DNA of 64,000 bases from a virus. Where the stretch lies: the IMG/VR virus record IMGVR_UViG_3300045988_173726, positions 128,001 through 192,000 of that record. One strand, written 5' to 3'. The position numbers were made by a program, and so were the translations under genes. Shown here piece after piece: positions 17,761-27,526 of this stretch (position 1 is the stretch's first letter; the number at the start of each line of letters is the position of its first letter). The notes beneath the pieces are model-generated. The model was not told the origin of the DNA. It did no database searches and saw only the letters and a list, made by a program, of their open reading frames with translations.

Positions 17761-18642
17761 ATGGGCATAAAGAGGTTTGCCGTGGCACTCATGGCATCGG
17801 TTTTCCTCGCATCCTCGGTCGCGCCAGTGACAGCGTTGGCGTATAGCAAGAGTGATGTCGAGGCAATTTACAACAAGTCGGGAGACAAGGGTTCGTATAG
17901 TGACGGCGCGTATACGGTAAACGGTAAGACGATAAGCGGCGTTTACTCGTCTGACGCAGAGGCACAGGCGGCGGGCTTAAGTAGCACGGTTCATGTGACG
18001 CTTGGCGGTCACACTTACAGTGTCTCGCAGGGTTCGCTTGATAGCCTTTACTCGGCGTTTTCGAGTCAGGTAGCATCAGAGAGCGCGGCGGCTTCGGATA
18101 AGTCGGCAAAGGGCGTAGAGGATAAGATAAATGCGTTAAGCAATAATCTAAATCTACAGGCAGATACGGATAGTGCTACAGTGGCGCTTGGCGGTTTCAA
18201 GCCGCTCGTGCAGACGATTGTTGGTATCATTGTTGTGGTAGTAATGCTTTGTACCACGGTGATTACGGGTGCAGATATACTGTATGTTACGATTCCGTTT
18301 GCAAGGTCGTTTATGGATAGTCACTTTGAAGGCGGCGGTGGGCTGTCGAGAAGCACAGAGGGCGGTGGAAACACTTTCAGATTCATCAGCGATGAGGCGC
18401 TTGCGGCGGTTAAGGCACAGGATACAGGTGAGGCAAAGGGCAGTGCTATTGGAAAGTATACGACAAGGCGTATACCAGCATTAATTATGCTCGGTATTTG
18501 TCTGTATATCTTCATGTCTGGACGAGTTGGACTGCTTATTGCTATCGGTGTACGGCTTGTAAGTGGCTTCATTGACCTAGTAGGTGGTGCATTTGGAGGT
18601 GGTTCTGCGGCAAGTGGAGCAATCATGTTCCTTGGTCTGTGA
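17761..18642 (+). CDS. Exported small membrane protein (paralog 2 of 3)
   Basis: 293 aa. Signal peptide MGIKRFAVALMASVFLASSVAPVTALA. TM plus shared motif VITGADILYVTIPF. FRFISDEALAAV. C-terminal TMs and Gly-rich end. Confidence 0.65.
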   Translation: MGIKRFAVALMASVFLASSVAPVTALAYSKSDVEAIYNKSGDKGSYSDGAYTVNGKTISGVYSSDAEAQAAGLSSTVHVTLGGHTYSVSQGSLDSLYSAFSSQVASESAAASDKSAKGVEDKINALSNNLNLQADTDSATVALGGFKPLVQTIVGIIVVVVMLCTTVITGADILYVTIPFARSFMDSHFEGGGGLSRSTEGGGNTFRFISDEALAAVKAQDTGEAKGSAIGKYTTRRIPALIMLGICLYIFMSGRVGLLIAIGVRLVSGFIDLVGGAFGGGSAASGAIMFLGL

Positions 18643-18653
18643 GGTGACAGCTT

Positions 18654-19115
18654 GTGCAGTTTGAGATAGACAACTACGGGGATGTAGCGAACAGCTTTAA
18701 CTACGAGTCGGTTTATTCAGCAGAGCTAATGGTACAGCGATTTTTCGGCTTTGTGTTTGGAGTCATGCTAGTGCTTGTAGTCTTTCTAAGCTTCCTAGTG
18801 ACAGTGATAGATGTTGTTTATATCACATCCCCTATATTTCGGGAGAGTAAGTTTGCTAGGAAGTGGTCTGGCGAGCGAGATACGAGTCGATTTAAGTTTC
18901 GGTTTATCTCGTTTGACGCAGTGTCAGCGGTTGAGGAATCGGCGGTAGACTCTGCGGCTAGGTCAGCGCTTAGTCTGTACATGAAGAAGCGAGCGGCTAC
19001 AATAATAAAGCTAGGGGTTATCGTTGGACTGCTCACACTGGGTTCTGGGAAGATAGTAGCGATTGTAGCGAAGTTTGTTATACCGCTACTGCAAGGCTTC
19101 AAGATTTTGAATTAA
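18654..19115 (+). CDS. Small membrane protein (paralog 3 of 3)
   Basis: 153 aa. GTG start with SD GAGGTG. TM plus shared motif VTVIDVVYITSPIF. FRFISFDAVSAVEE. C-terminal TMs. Confidence 0.6.
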   Translation: MQFEIDNYGDVANSFNYESVYSAELMVQRFFGFVFGVMLVLVVFLSFLVTVIDVVYITSPIFRESKFARKWSGERDTSRFKFRFISFDAVSAVEESAVDSAARSALSLYMKKRAATIIKLGVIVGLLTLGSGKIVAIVAKFVIPLLQGFKILN

Positions 19116-19139
19116 GGGGATAAAAGGTTAAGTCTAGGG

Positions 19140-19185
19140 TAGACGGCGGGCATGATAAGGTGTCTGCCGTCTATCTTTGTTTAAT
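19140..19185 (+). terminator. Rho-independent terminator
   Basis: TAGACGGCGG (19140-19149) pairs with CTGCCGTCTA (19164-19173), 10 bp with one G-U, followed by TCTTTGTTT. Confidence 0.6.
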
Positions 19186-19205
19186 AGCGGTAAAGATATT
19201 AGAAT
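19177..19205 (+). promoter_or_regulatory. Candidate sigma-A promoter
   Basis: TTGTTT (19177-19182), 17-nt spacer, TAGAAT (19200-19205), upstream of GTG 19282. Confidence 0.35.
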
Positions 19206-19281
19206 GCAAGCAGTACCCATTAGTTTATTCTGGGAATGAGTTTAAGGCAAAGTTTGGTCTTTTTAAGCGGGAGGGCTTTCA

Positions 19282-22239
19282 GTGAGTAAGAGGAAGAGTA
19301 AGAGGGCAGGAAGCCCTTTTCGGCGGGTGTTTATGAGCCTAGGAGTTATGTTAGGCTCTGTTATGCTAACTTCGTGTTCGGGTTCTATCGGAGATGTGCT
19401 TGACTCATATAGTACAACGATTCAGTCTAGGGTAGACTGGAATAAAGAGCAGTTAAACACGCTTGCGGGCGCGGGATTGGTTTCTGCGCAGATGAAGGAG
19501 AATATCTTTAACGAGATAGATAGCAATGTAGGAAAGATAGCGAAGCTTGACGGTAGTGGAGATGAACAGCTAACGCAGGATAAGATAAATCTAATCAAGA
19601 ACTTCATTGTACATTCGACAGCGAACGGGGATTGGGCTGAAAAAGACGAGTCTGGAAAGTATGAGATGTGGAAGTCTCACGGTCACGGAGTAGTACCAGA
19701 GAAGCTAGGGGCAGATGACACATCAAAGGGATTTGAGATATTTGCAAATAAGGACGCATCAAGCACTTCTGCGGGGGATAAGCTAGACACGATATTGACT
19801 TCTGCAAAAGTTTATGTGTTAAACACTTCTGCGTTGTCTGGAAAGGATTTAGCAGAGGTATCAAATGCTTGTAAGTCGATAAAGGATTTAAGAGATAAGT
19901 GTAAGGGGGATGAGTCCTCTTTATCTGACGAGGATAAGGCGACTTTAACAGCGGCGCGTGCAGTCGTAAATGCAAGTTTCGTTAGGACGGATATAACAAT
20001 ACTAAAAGACCAGTCGTTAATGACGAATACGCTTGATAACGACAATGTGCAGTGGTCTGGGGATGCGGATGATGCAAAGACTACGGAGGCAGACGCAAAC
20101 AAGACAGGAAACGAGGGAGCAAACAAGGACTTGGTATTCCTGTCGGGCGGGTATCCTGCATTTTCTATGCGACTTCACGAGTTAAATGGAAAGACGGTGC
20201 AGGATTTATTAAAGCTTGTTAAGAACTCAAACGATGCGTTCCTAATAGATGACGCGAGTAATGGCGGTAATAAGGTGTATAGCATGGTTTATCCGTTAAG
20301 CTATGTAGATAGTTTAGAGTGGGACGGAACGAACGCAAAGACGCATATATCGCAGTCGAATCTTGTGAGTGTAAACATCATGACAGGTAGTGTCGTGAAT
20401 ACGACACCGACAGACCTTCTAAATCAAGACGAGAGGAAGGCGCTTGAGAAGATATTTCGTGCAGTGAACAAGAATAATGAGGGCGGTTCTTCGTTTATCG
20501 TGGGCGAGCCGATAGATTACACTTGGAAGTATCAGAATAGCTCCGATACGGTAAGTTATCGTTGTAACTCAATCGTGCTTAGAGATTATCTTGAGTATAC
20601 TTATCTTCCAGACTTTATGAGTGGTGGAGAGCAGTTTGTATCACTCGGACGGCGTGTTAGGTTAAACGAGTTTAATACGGATGGCACGGTAAAGGATATA
20701 AATAACTTTGGATGGTTTATTGACCGAGAGGGAAAGCGAGTCGAGGGTGCGAAAGCGGTTTCGATAAACGACTTGGTAGATTTTCGTTCCGGTAATACAG
20801 ATAATAAGGGGACAGCAATACGGCTAAATAACACGATGTCGGACGGGGGGACGGTAAAGAGTGATTTAACAGAACCCAGTTGGCTTACAAGTACGGGAGC
20901 TACGCAAGGCATCAATATAGGCGGTGGCGATAGTGGAAGTAGTAGTGGCGGAACAGGTGACGGAGCTTGGCAACAGGGAGAGGACGGAAGATGGTGGTAC
21001 AAGTACAATAACGGCACATATCCAAAAGATAGGGTAGTCACTATCGGTGGCAAGAAGTACGGCTTTGATAGTGAGGGATGGATGCTTAGTGACACGACTA
21101 AGACATTTGGCGGTACGACATATAGCTTTGCGGCAGACGGTGTAGCGACAGCGCAGACGAGTAGCAGTGGGTCTAACAGCAGTAGTAGCAGTAACGGAGA
21201 GTGGCAACAGAGTTCTGACGGGAGATGGTGGTATAAGTTTAGTGACGGCACATATCCGAAGAACAAGGTTGAGACGATAGGCGGTAAGAAGTACGGCTTC
21301 GATAGCGAAGGTTGGATGCTTAGTAATACGACTAAAGAGTTTAGCGGAACGACTTATAGCTTCGGGGCAGACGGCGTAGCGACTTCTTCTGGAGCTAGTG
21401 GGGACGGAACGAACGGAGCAAACGGGACAAGCGGGGATAATACGCAGGAAGCACAGTCACAGGTAAAGACTTTTACAAAGAGTGAGTATGCTACAAAGAT
21501 ATGGATGACGACCTATTTTCCGATAAAGGATGACGACAATAAGTTCAGTTTAGCGGCGAAGGATGCGGGTGCTATCGGTACAGACAAGTCGGTAGATATT
21601 TTGTACGGCATGTGCATCAATGTATCGGTGTTTGACAGTCAGTTGTATAGCAGTTGGATTTCAATAAGTGACGAGGCTTCGACTTCTGGCGGTATTGCGT
21701 GGTGGAATCAGTGGCTTGGGTCAGCGCATTATAGCTATCATATCGACACAGACAGGCTAAAAGAGTATCTGGATATGAACTTCACAGCGGATGTGCTTAG
21801 TAAAGACACGAATCGTATCATATTAAATCCAACTACAATAGCGAAGATACAGACGGACTTTAATACCGACAAAAGAAAGTCAAGCTACGGGAGTATGCAG
21901 GCGGCGTTTAAGATAGTAGGTATATTTATGATAGCCTATGCGATTCTGTTGCCTTTGGCTTGGGCGTTTGACACACAGACGGTAGCGGATTTCAAGATTG
22001 TAAATCTAATCACCTTCGGTAAGCGCGAGGCGATAGTTAGTAAAGAGGATATTCCAGACTATAACGAGAATAAGAAGCAGTATTTAACCTTTAGCGGAGC
22101 AATATTCTCTATGATAGCGATAATAGGTTTATCGGTGCTTCTTTTAACGGTAAACTTCATGGCTGTAGTAGCTGGGATTGTGAATGTGCTGATAACGCTT
22201 GTAGAAGGTTTGCAGAATGCTTTCTTTAACTTGAGATAA
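19282..22239 (+). CDS. Large lipoprotein with cell-wall-binding repeats and C-terminal TM bundle (T4SS-associated surface component?)
   Basis: 985 aa. GTG start with SD GGGAGGG. Lipobox LTSC in MSLGVMLGSVMLTSCSG. Two 78-aa tandem units containing DGRWWYK..GTYPK....TIGGKKYGFDSEGWML. Three predicted TM helices in the last ~130 aa. Confidence 0.7.
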   Translation: MSKRKSKRAGSPFRRVFMSLGVMLGSVMLTSCSGSIGDVLDSYSTTIQSRVDWNKEQLNTLAGAGLVSAQMKENIFNEIDSNVGKIAKLDGSGDEQLTQDKINLIKNFIVHSTANGDWAEKDESGKYEMWKSHGHGVVPEKLGADDTSKGFEIFANKDASSTSAGDKLDTILTSAKVYVLNTSALSGKDLAEVSNACKSIKDLRDKCKGDESSLSDEDKATLTAARAVVNASFVRTDITILKDQSLMTNTLDNDNVQWSGDADDAKTTEADANKTGNEGANKDLVFLSGGYPAFSMRLHELNGKTVQDLLKLVKNSNDAFLIDDASNGGNKVYSMVYPLSYVDSLEWDGTNAKTHISQSNLVSVNIMTGSVVNTTPTDLLNQDERKALEKIFRAVNKNNEGGSSFIVGEPIDYTWKYQNSSDTVSYRCNSIVLRDYLEYTYLPDFMSGGEQFVSLGRRVRLNEFNTDGTVKDINNFGWFIDREGKRVEGAKAVSINDLVDFRSGNTDNKGTAIRLNNTMSDGGTVKSDLTEPSWLTSTGATQGINIGGGDSGSSSGGTGDGAWQQGEDGRWWYKYNNGTYPKDRVVTIGGKKYGFDSEGWMLSDTTKTFGGTTYSFAADGVATAQTSSSGSNSSSSSNGEWQQSSDGRWWYKFSDGTYPKNKVETIGGKKYGFDSEGWMLSNTTKEFSGTTYSFGADGVATSSGASGDGTNGANGTSGDNTQEAQSQVKTFTKSEYATKIWMTTYFPIKDDDNKFSLAAKDAGAIGTDKSVDILYGMCINVSVFDSQLYSSWISISDEASTSGGIAWWNQWLGSAHYSYHIDTDRLKEYLDMNFTADVLSKDTNRIILNPTTIAKIQTDFNTDKRKSSYGSMQAAFKIVGIFMIAYAILLPLAWAFDTQTVADFKIVNLITFGKREAIVSKEDIPDYNENKKQYLTFSGAIFSMIAIIGLSVLLLTVNFMAVVAGIVNVLITLVEGLQNAFFNLR
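20968..21400 (+). repeat. Coding tandem duplication, 234-nt period (two cell-wall-binding repeat units)
   Basis: TGGCAACAG at 20968 and again at 21202. Encoded units are WQQGEDGRWWYKYNNGTYPKDRVVTIGGKKYGFDSEGWMLSDTTKTFGGTTYSFAADGVA and WQQSSDGRWWYKFSDGTYPKNKVETIGGKKYGFDSEGWMLSNTTKEFSGTTYSFGADGVA. Confidence 0.85.
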
Positions 22240-22252
22240 GAGAGGTAACAGA

Positions 22253-25200
22253 ATGAATAGTCTACTGTATAGACTAAAGCTAAAGATATACAGCAAGGTC
22301 AGAAAGTATAGGAGCAAGGTGCTTGCGGGTTTTTTAATCTTTGCTTCTGTATCGAACCTGTGTGTTCCGTTAGCGGCGCAGGGGTTAGAGCTGTCGGGTT
22401 CGATAGGTACGAATGCGGCGCTCGGCTCGCCGTTGTTAAACGATGCGAGTTGGGGTTCAGAGGACTGGAACCCATATGAACTAGTGACTTTCGGAGTTTT
22501 CCTAAGTAACTTCACAGTCCCGATGGTAGATGACTATAAGTCAGCATTTCAGAAGGGATTTGGCGGTTCTGGTGGCAAGGGACAGGAGGCTCTACAGTTT
22601 AGTGTAGAGTCAGATAGCCAAGCAACGGAGATATTAAATCCGATGCTGTCTTACTCTATCAAGATGCAGACGAAATCCTTAAAGGAGATAAAGGTCATTT
22701 ATCATGACTTAAAGCTTGCGGATAAACTTGAGGATAATGTCGGTGGTTTAACGGCAGAGAACACGAAGGATGCAAAGCCCGCAGTTTTAAGCGACCTGTT
22801 TCCAGAGGTCAAGTGGAAGCTTGACGACATATCGAATAAAGAGAAAGGGTATGTAACGGGGGTTGCAGACTATAAGGCGGCAAGCGGGGACGGGACTAAC
22901 ATAACGGTGCAGTATGCGACAGAGTTCCGTTTGCCAGAGTTCTTTATAAGCGCGGCGAACTCAAAGCCAGTAACGGTGCTTAACTACACGGACGGTTACG
23001 ACCCGATGGCGGTTGAAGCGGCGATACTCGGAGCAGAGAGGAAGTCGGAGTATGGAAAGACGGTAGACGCGAACTTAAATAAGGCAAAGGATTCGCCAAT
23101 CTACTTAGATTCATTCGGAAATATCGTTACGAATCTGGATGGTAAGACGGTAGTGGTGTTACCGGCATCTGCGAATCAGCATTTGACAAAGGAGAAGAAG
23201 ATAAATCTTCTAACGAATGTGTTTATGCAGAATAGCTATTTGCAGGCGAGTGACGCTTCGTTAATCGAGGGAGCATATAGCGGTATCAGTCACGGAATCG
23301 GAAGCACGACAAAGTATTATATGGGAACAAACCCGCTTGTCGGGTATAACATGGACGATAGCCGTAATTACTCTACGATTCTCTACACCGACACACAGCA
23401 GTTTATCTTTGACAGTGCATTAAGCAAGATAAAAGAGGGAACAGGAGTCGAGGATGCTCTGTCACAGGCGGTAAACGAGGACGCGGGTAAGAATTTAATT
23501 ACGCTTGCGACAAAGAAACTAACGAAGGAGAACATAAACCTTCCGTTTAGAGTCGGAGTTATAGGCGGTGACGGTGTTTTAGGGTCAGATAACAAGATAA
23601 CGAACGCTAGGCAGTCGTCTGGAGAGGGTATCGGTGCATCGTTTGCGGCTTTGGTCGGAGCGAACAGTAGTAGTGCAGACGACCATGTAATGCTTGGAAA
23701 CTTGGCACTTGCAAACAATCTAATCAACAACTGGTTTCCTGTGAACACGAATACGAAGGTCGCGAACGCGATGATAACGCTTGACGATAAGAAGCAGTTA
23801 ATCTCCGACCAGACTTATTTCGCACAGGCGGGAACAGCGGTTTTGCAGAACTATGTAAACTTTGCAACGGGGTATTTGAACGCAAGTAGCGAGTATAAGA
23901 TAGCGGACAGCAATGTTCCAGACCAGAGCAAGTTTAAGGACAGCATTAACACAGCAGTAAAGCCAGAGGAGCTTTCGGCGGCGCTTTTAACGGACAATGC
24001 GACAAGTTTAGACGCAAATAACCAAGCGAACGGGCTTTATAAGTATTGGGCGGTAAATGAGGGAAAGTCGCGGTTTAGCGATAGGATTAACATAAACGCG
24101 GTGGGCAGTAATGTTTCGCTTCACAGCATAGAGCCTACGATTACGAATCCCGTTTATAAGCTCTTGGGTTACAGAGTTTCTGGAATTTACAACAGCAACT
24201 CGGCTATGAAAACTGCGGCTGGTGTGCTGAATATCAACGAGGGTATGCAGTTTGCGGCATATACGCCATACATATATCTCACATACTTAGATTTTTACGG
24301 AATCATAAACGGCAAAAACAACTTTGATACAGACCTGTTCGGGACGGGAGATGTGATTTCGGTAAAGTCCGAGGATTTGTTTGAGGGGACTATTCTTTCG
24401 GAAGAGGATAAGAAGAAGCAGATAACGAATTACACATACAAGTTCCTAGATATTAAGGGAGGAGCATCATATAGAAAGCAACTAGCAAATAACTTTATAA
24501 CAGAATTGCTCTACGACAACTACAAGAAGATAGTATTTGGCACAGATAGCAGTACGATAAGCAGTTCGATAGCTACCAACAACTCGGAAGGCTTTTTAAG
24601 TGTCAACAGCCTTTCGGATAACATGTTTATAGGCAAGCTGTTTAGCTGGTATCTTAGAAATATCGTAATATTAGCGGGAGTTTTGCTAATTATCTCGTTT
24701 ATAAGCGGGGTAGTGCAGGGTTCTGGAATCGTAGGAATCTTTACATCAGTGGTATCAACACTAGCAATGCTATTGCTAATCCCGACTCTGATAGATGTAG
24801 TCCCGTATATCTGTAATAACACGGTGCAGGGGATGTTTGCTAGGAGCATGAAGTACTGGGCGATTTCAGAGAGTATAGACAATCAGAGTATCGCACAGGA
24901 GTTTAACGGGTCGAAGGCAGGGGATGCGGATGTAAACACATATATTCGAATGCTAAACATAACGCAACTTAACAAGACGATAATGATAAAGAACGACATA
25001 TCAAAGAAGATAGTGCCGAGTACGAAAGACATCGACTACAATAAGTTGCAGAAGTTAAAGACGACACGGTGGCTACTGCCCGCAGTGATGAGACAGCTAA
25101 CGGCAGATGATAAGTCAGCGAACTATGTTTATACGACTCTAAGTGACTTGTATCAGAATTTCAGTAATATGTATTGGTATTACAGGACAAGTTCCGAGGG

Positions 25201-27361
25201 TGGGGATAAGCCGTCTTTGGACATGCAGGCGGTCGGAGACTATAACGCAAAGGTAGCGGCAGATGTAGGAGTCGGAAAGGCGGCGGGAGCGAATGAAGAG
25301 AATGTAATGAGTGAGTCGAAGAAGCAGACGGTATTTGTCGGCTATCGTCCCACTCGTCCTACTGGGGATAAGGAGAAGGAGTTTGATTATCACAGTCTAA
25401 GCAGGGATAGCGCAGAGAGTGAGGACTTGAAGGCGCTTCACACTTCGTTTTATATCATGAACTTCGGGTCAGCGTTTACGGTAGAGAACCCGTTACGACA
25501 TACAGAGAGCGGTGAGCTTGACACAGGGGCTTGGAACGATTACGCGGCGTATATAAAGGGGGAGGCTTCGTCAAACGGTAACACAGGGTTTGCGGATACG
25601 GTAAACAACAAGATATTGCCGATGGTAAGTCAGTATTCTCCGATTAGTACGCCAGTACAGCAGTGTTTCGGGTATTTCTGGATGACAGAGAGTCCCGCGC
25701 ATTACTTCTATGAGGTAACGAAAGACACTTTTGAGAACGGAATGACGGTTGGAGGTCTGATATATCAGCTACAAGGCACATATGCTCCGATAACAGACAA
25801 GTATGATTTAGACAAAGACGGAGATACGAGCGAAGTTTATACGGATATGTCGGGGAAGGAGCAGGGAGACGCGCATCACACATTTATGCGAGACTCTGCA
25901 ACAGGTAAGATAAGAGATTTCCTCGACATGGAGGAGTTGTTCACGAATGTAATCCCGTATATGTATAATGTACAGGTGATGGCAAGCGGGAATGACGATG
26001 GGACAGGCTTTTTAGGGGACGCAGTGCTAGGTTCTGACTACAGTGTTTATGAGAAGAACAAGAAGTATTGGTTGTTCCGTAGTAACTGGGTAAATAAGAT
26101 AGTAGAGGACAGGTCGTATCGGGCGAAGGCGACTATAGGGTATTATGACGAGTCTGGAAACAAGGCTTCTGCGGTAATAAATTCGTCATTAGACCCGTCA
26201 AGTTACGCGAAGTATCGAAAGATGGTATTTAGTGAAGCGCAGATGGAGCAGATGCGTTTAACGGAGCAGGATTTGTCGATAGTCGAGCTTAGAATCCTAG
26301 AGGTAAACAGGAGAGTAGAGAAGGAGTGGACGAGTTTAATCAACTACTCAAGTACTGACAAGTTAAGCGCCGAGGTTTTGTACAGACAAATGGCGATAGA
26401 CGCGCTATTAACCTTTGACAAGGTATTTTCGTCTGGAAACAAGCTAAGTGCGGCGTATCAGCTTTATCCGACAACGCTTGATTTGCGAAATGTATCGTTT
26501 GACAGTGTGTTTAAGCTTCTGGTCATGAGTGCAACGAATGCGCCGCAGACGCTAAACAAAGACACGATGAAGGTCGTGATTGAGAACGGCGATATGTTGT
26601 CAACGATATTGCTTCTGCTGGATGCAGTGCTTGGAGTGGCGCTTGCGCCGATGCTAAGAGACTTAGGAATAGCGGTAGTGACATTATTGTTTATCTACGA
26701 GCTAATAACGGGCTTTATCTTTAAGCGAGGCAACAAGAATCAGTTAATGGCGGGTGCGGCATTCCTGTTTGTGAAGGTAGCGGCTTTGACGGTGGCGTAT
26801 TACGAGGTGTTCAACCTTATGATAACGGTCACTTCGCCAAATCAAGTGTTAAGGCTTGATAGTAACATGGGATGGAGCGGACACGGCACTTGGTTTATTT
26901 TCCTCATGATTTTCCTTGCGTCAGCGGGGTATGTATACGCGCTTGTGAAGTTTATTATTATCTTTGCGGTAACACATCGGTATGACATGGGCTTTGAGGC
27001 AACTATGTTTACGCTTAACTCGATAGCGGGTAAGACGAGAGGGATTCTAAGCAAGGTAACAGGAATTGACCTCGGTGGAAACGCGGCGAGTTCGAGTTCG
27101 ACAGAGAGCGGAAGCGGCACAGATAGTCCTATCAGAGTCGAGGGCGGTGCAAGCGCGGGTAGTAGTGAGCCTACGGTAGTTACGGCAGACGATGACGAGA
27201 GCGATAACAGTAGCGCAGTGGATGACGATAGAGAGCAGAGCGGATATAGTTATTACGAAAACGAGGGTTCTTCGGGGTCGTCCAGTGCGTCCGAGATAGA
27301 CGACATGATAGAGGACGGAGAGGACAAGCAGAAAGAGGACAAAGAGAAAGAGGACGAGTGA
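22253..27361 (+). CDS. Giant polytopic membrane protein (possible VirB6/TcpH-type channel analog), function unknown
   Basis: 1702 aa. SD AGAGAGG. N-terminal signal/TM. TM cluster near aa 795-860 (IVILAGVLLIISFISGVV..GIFTSVVSTLAMLLLIPTLI). Second cluster near aa 1465-1600. Acidic Ser/Asp/Glu tail. Confidence 0.65.
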   Translation: MNSLLYRLKLKIYSKVRKYRSKVLAGFLIFASVSNLCVPLAAQGLELSGSIGTNAALGSPLLNDASWGSEDWNPYELVTFGVFLSNFTVPMVDDYKSAFQKGFGGSGGKGQEALQFSVESDSQATEILNPMLSYSIKMQTKSLKEIKVIYHDLKLADKLEDNVGGLTAENTKDAKPAVLSDLFPEVKWKLDDISNKEKGYVTGVADYKAASGDGTNITVQYATEFRLPEFFISAANSKPVTVLNYTDGYDPMAVEAAILGAERKSEYGKTVDANLNKAKDSPIYLDSFGNIVTNLDGKTVVVLPASANQHLTKEKKINLLTNVFMQNSYLQASDASLIEGAYSGISHGIGSTTKYYMGTNPLVGYNMDDSRNYSTILYTDTQQFIFDSALSKIKEGTGVEDALSQAVNEDAGKNLITLATKKLTKENINLPFRVGVIGGDGVLGSDNKITNARQSSGEGIGASFAALVGANSSSADDHVMLGNLALANNLINNWFPVNTNTKVANAMITLDDKKQLISDQTYFAQAGTAVLQNYVNFATGYLNASSEYKIADSNVPDQSKFKDSINTAVKPEELSAALLTDNATSLDANNQANGLYKYWAVNEGKSRFSDRININAVGSNVSLHSIEPTITNPVYKLLGYRVSGIYNSNSAMKTAAGVLNINEGMQFAAYTPYIYLTYLDFYGIINGKNNFDTDLFGTGDVISVKSEDLFEGTILSEEDKKKQITNYTYKFLDIKGGASYRKQLANNFITELLYDNYKKIVFGTDSSTISSSIATNNSEGFLSVNSLSDNMFIGKLFSWYLRNIVILAGVLLIISFISGVVQGSGIVGIFTSVVSTLAMLLLIPTLIDVVPYICNNTVQGMFARSMKYWAISESIDNQSIAQEFNGSKAGDADVNTYIRMLNITQLNKTIMIKNDISKKIVPSTKDIDYNKLQKLKTTRWLLPAVMRQLTADDKSANYVYTTLSDLYQNFSNMYWYYRTSSEGGDKPSLDMQAVGDYNAKVAADVGVGKAAGANEENVMSESKKQTVFVGYRPTRPTGDKEKEFDYHSLSRDSAESEDLKALHTSFYIMNFGSAFTVENPLRHTESGELDTGAWNDYAAYIKGEASSNGNTGFADTVNNKILPMVSQYSPISTPVQQCFGYFWMTESPAHYFYEVTKDTFENGMTVGGLIYQLQGTYAPITDKYDLDKDGDTSEVYTDMSGKEQGDAHHTFMRDSATGKIRDFLDMEELFTNVIPYMYNVQVMASGNDDGTGFLGDAVLGSDYSVYEKNKKYWLFRSNWVNKIVEDRSYRAKATIGYYDESGNKASAVINSSLDPSSYAKYRKMVFSEAQMEQMRLTEQDLSIVELRILEVNRRVEKEWTSLINYSSTDKLSAEVLYRQMAIDALLTFDKVFSSGNKLSAAYQLYPTTLDLRNVSFDSVFKLLVMSATNAPQTLNKDTMKVVIENGDMLSTILLLLDAVLGVALAPMLRDLGIAVVTLLFIYELITGFIFKRGNKNQLMAGAAFLFVKVAALTVAYYEVFNLMITVTSPNQVLRLDSNMGWSGHGTWFIFLMIFLASAGYVYALVKFIIIFAVTHRYDMGFEATMFTLNSIAGKTRGILSKVTGIDLGGNAASSSSTESGSGTDSPIRVEGGASAGSSEPTVVTADDDESDNSSAVDDDREQSGYSYYENEGSSGSSSASEIDDMIEDGEDKQKEDKEKEDE

Positions 27362-27373
27362 GGGGAGTAGGGA

Positions 27374-27397
27374 ATACGGGAAGGAAGCTTCCCGTAT
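27374..27397 (+). terminator. Hairpin after the 1702-aa gene (weak terminator candidate, no T-tract)
   Basis: ATACGGGAAG (27374-27383), GAAG loop, CTTCCCGTAT (27388-27397). Perfect 10 bp, but followed by ATACCTACG. A second hairpin, TAGCCAAGC..GCTTGGCTA, lies about 70 nt downstream. Confidence 0.35.
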
Positions 27398-27526
27398 ATA
27401 CCTACGATAAAATTTTTGTATTTTGCGCGTCACCAGTTAGATTTTAGCTAAATAGTAACAAGCCTAGCCAAGCGAGTTGCTTGGCTATTGGCTTAAGTAG
27501 GTGTATATGAGTAGGGGAGGGTGCTT

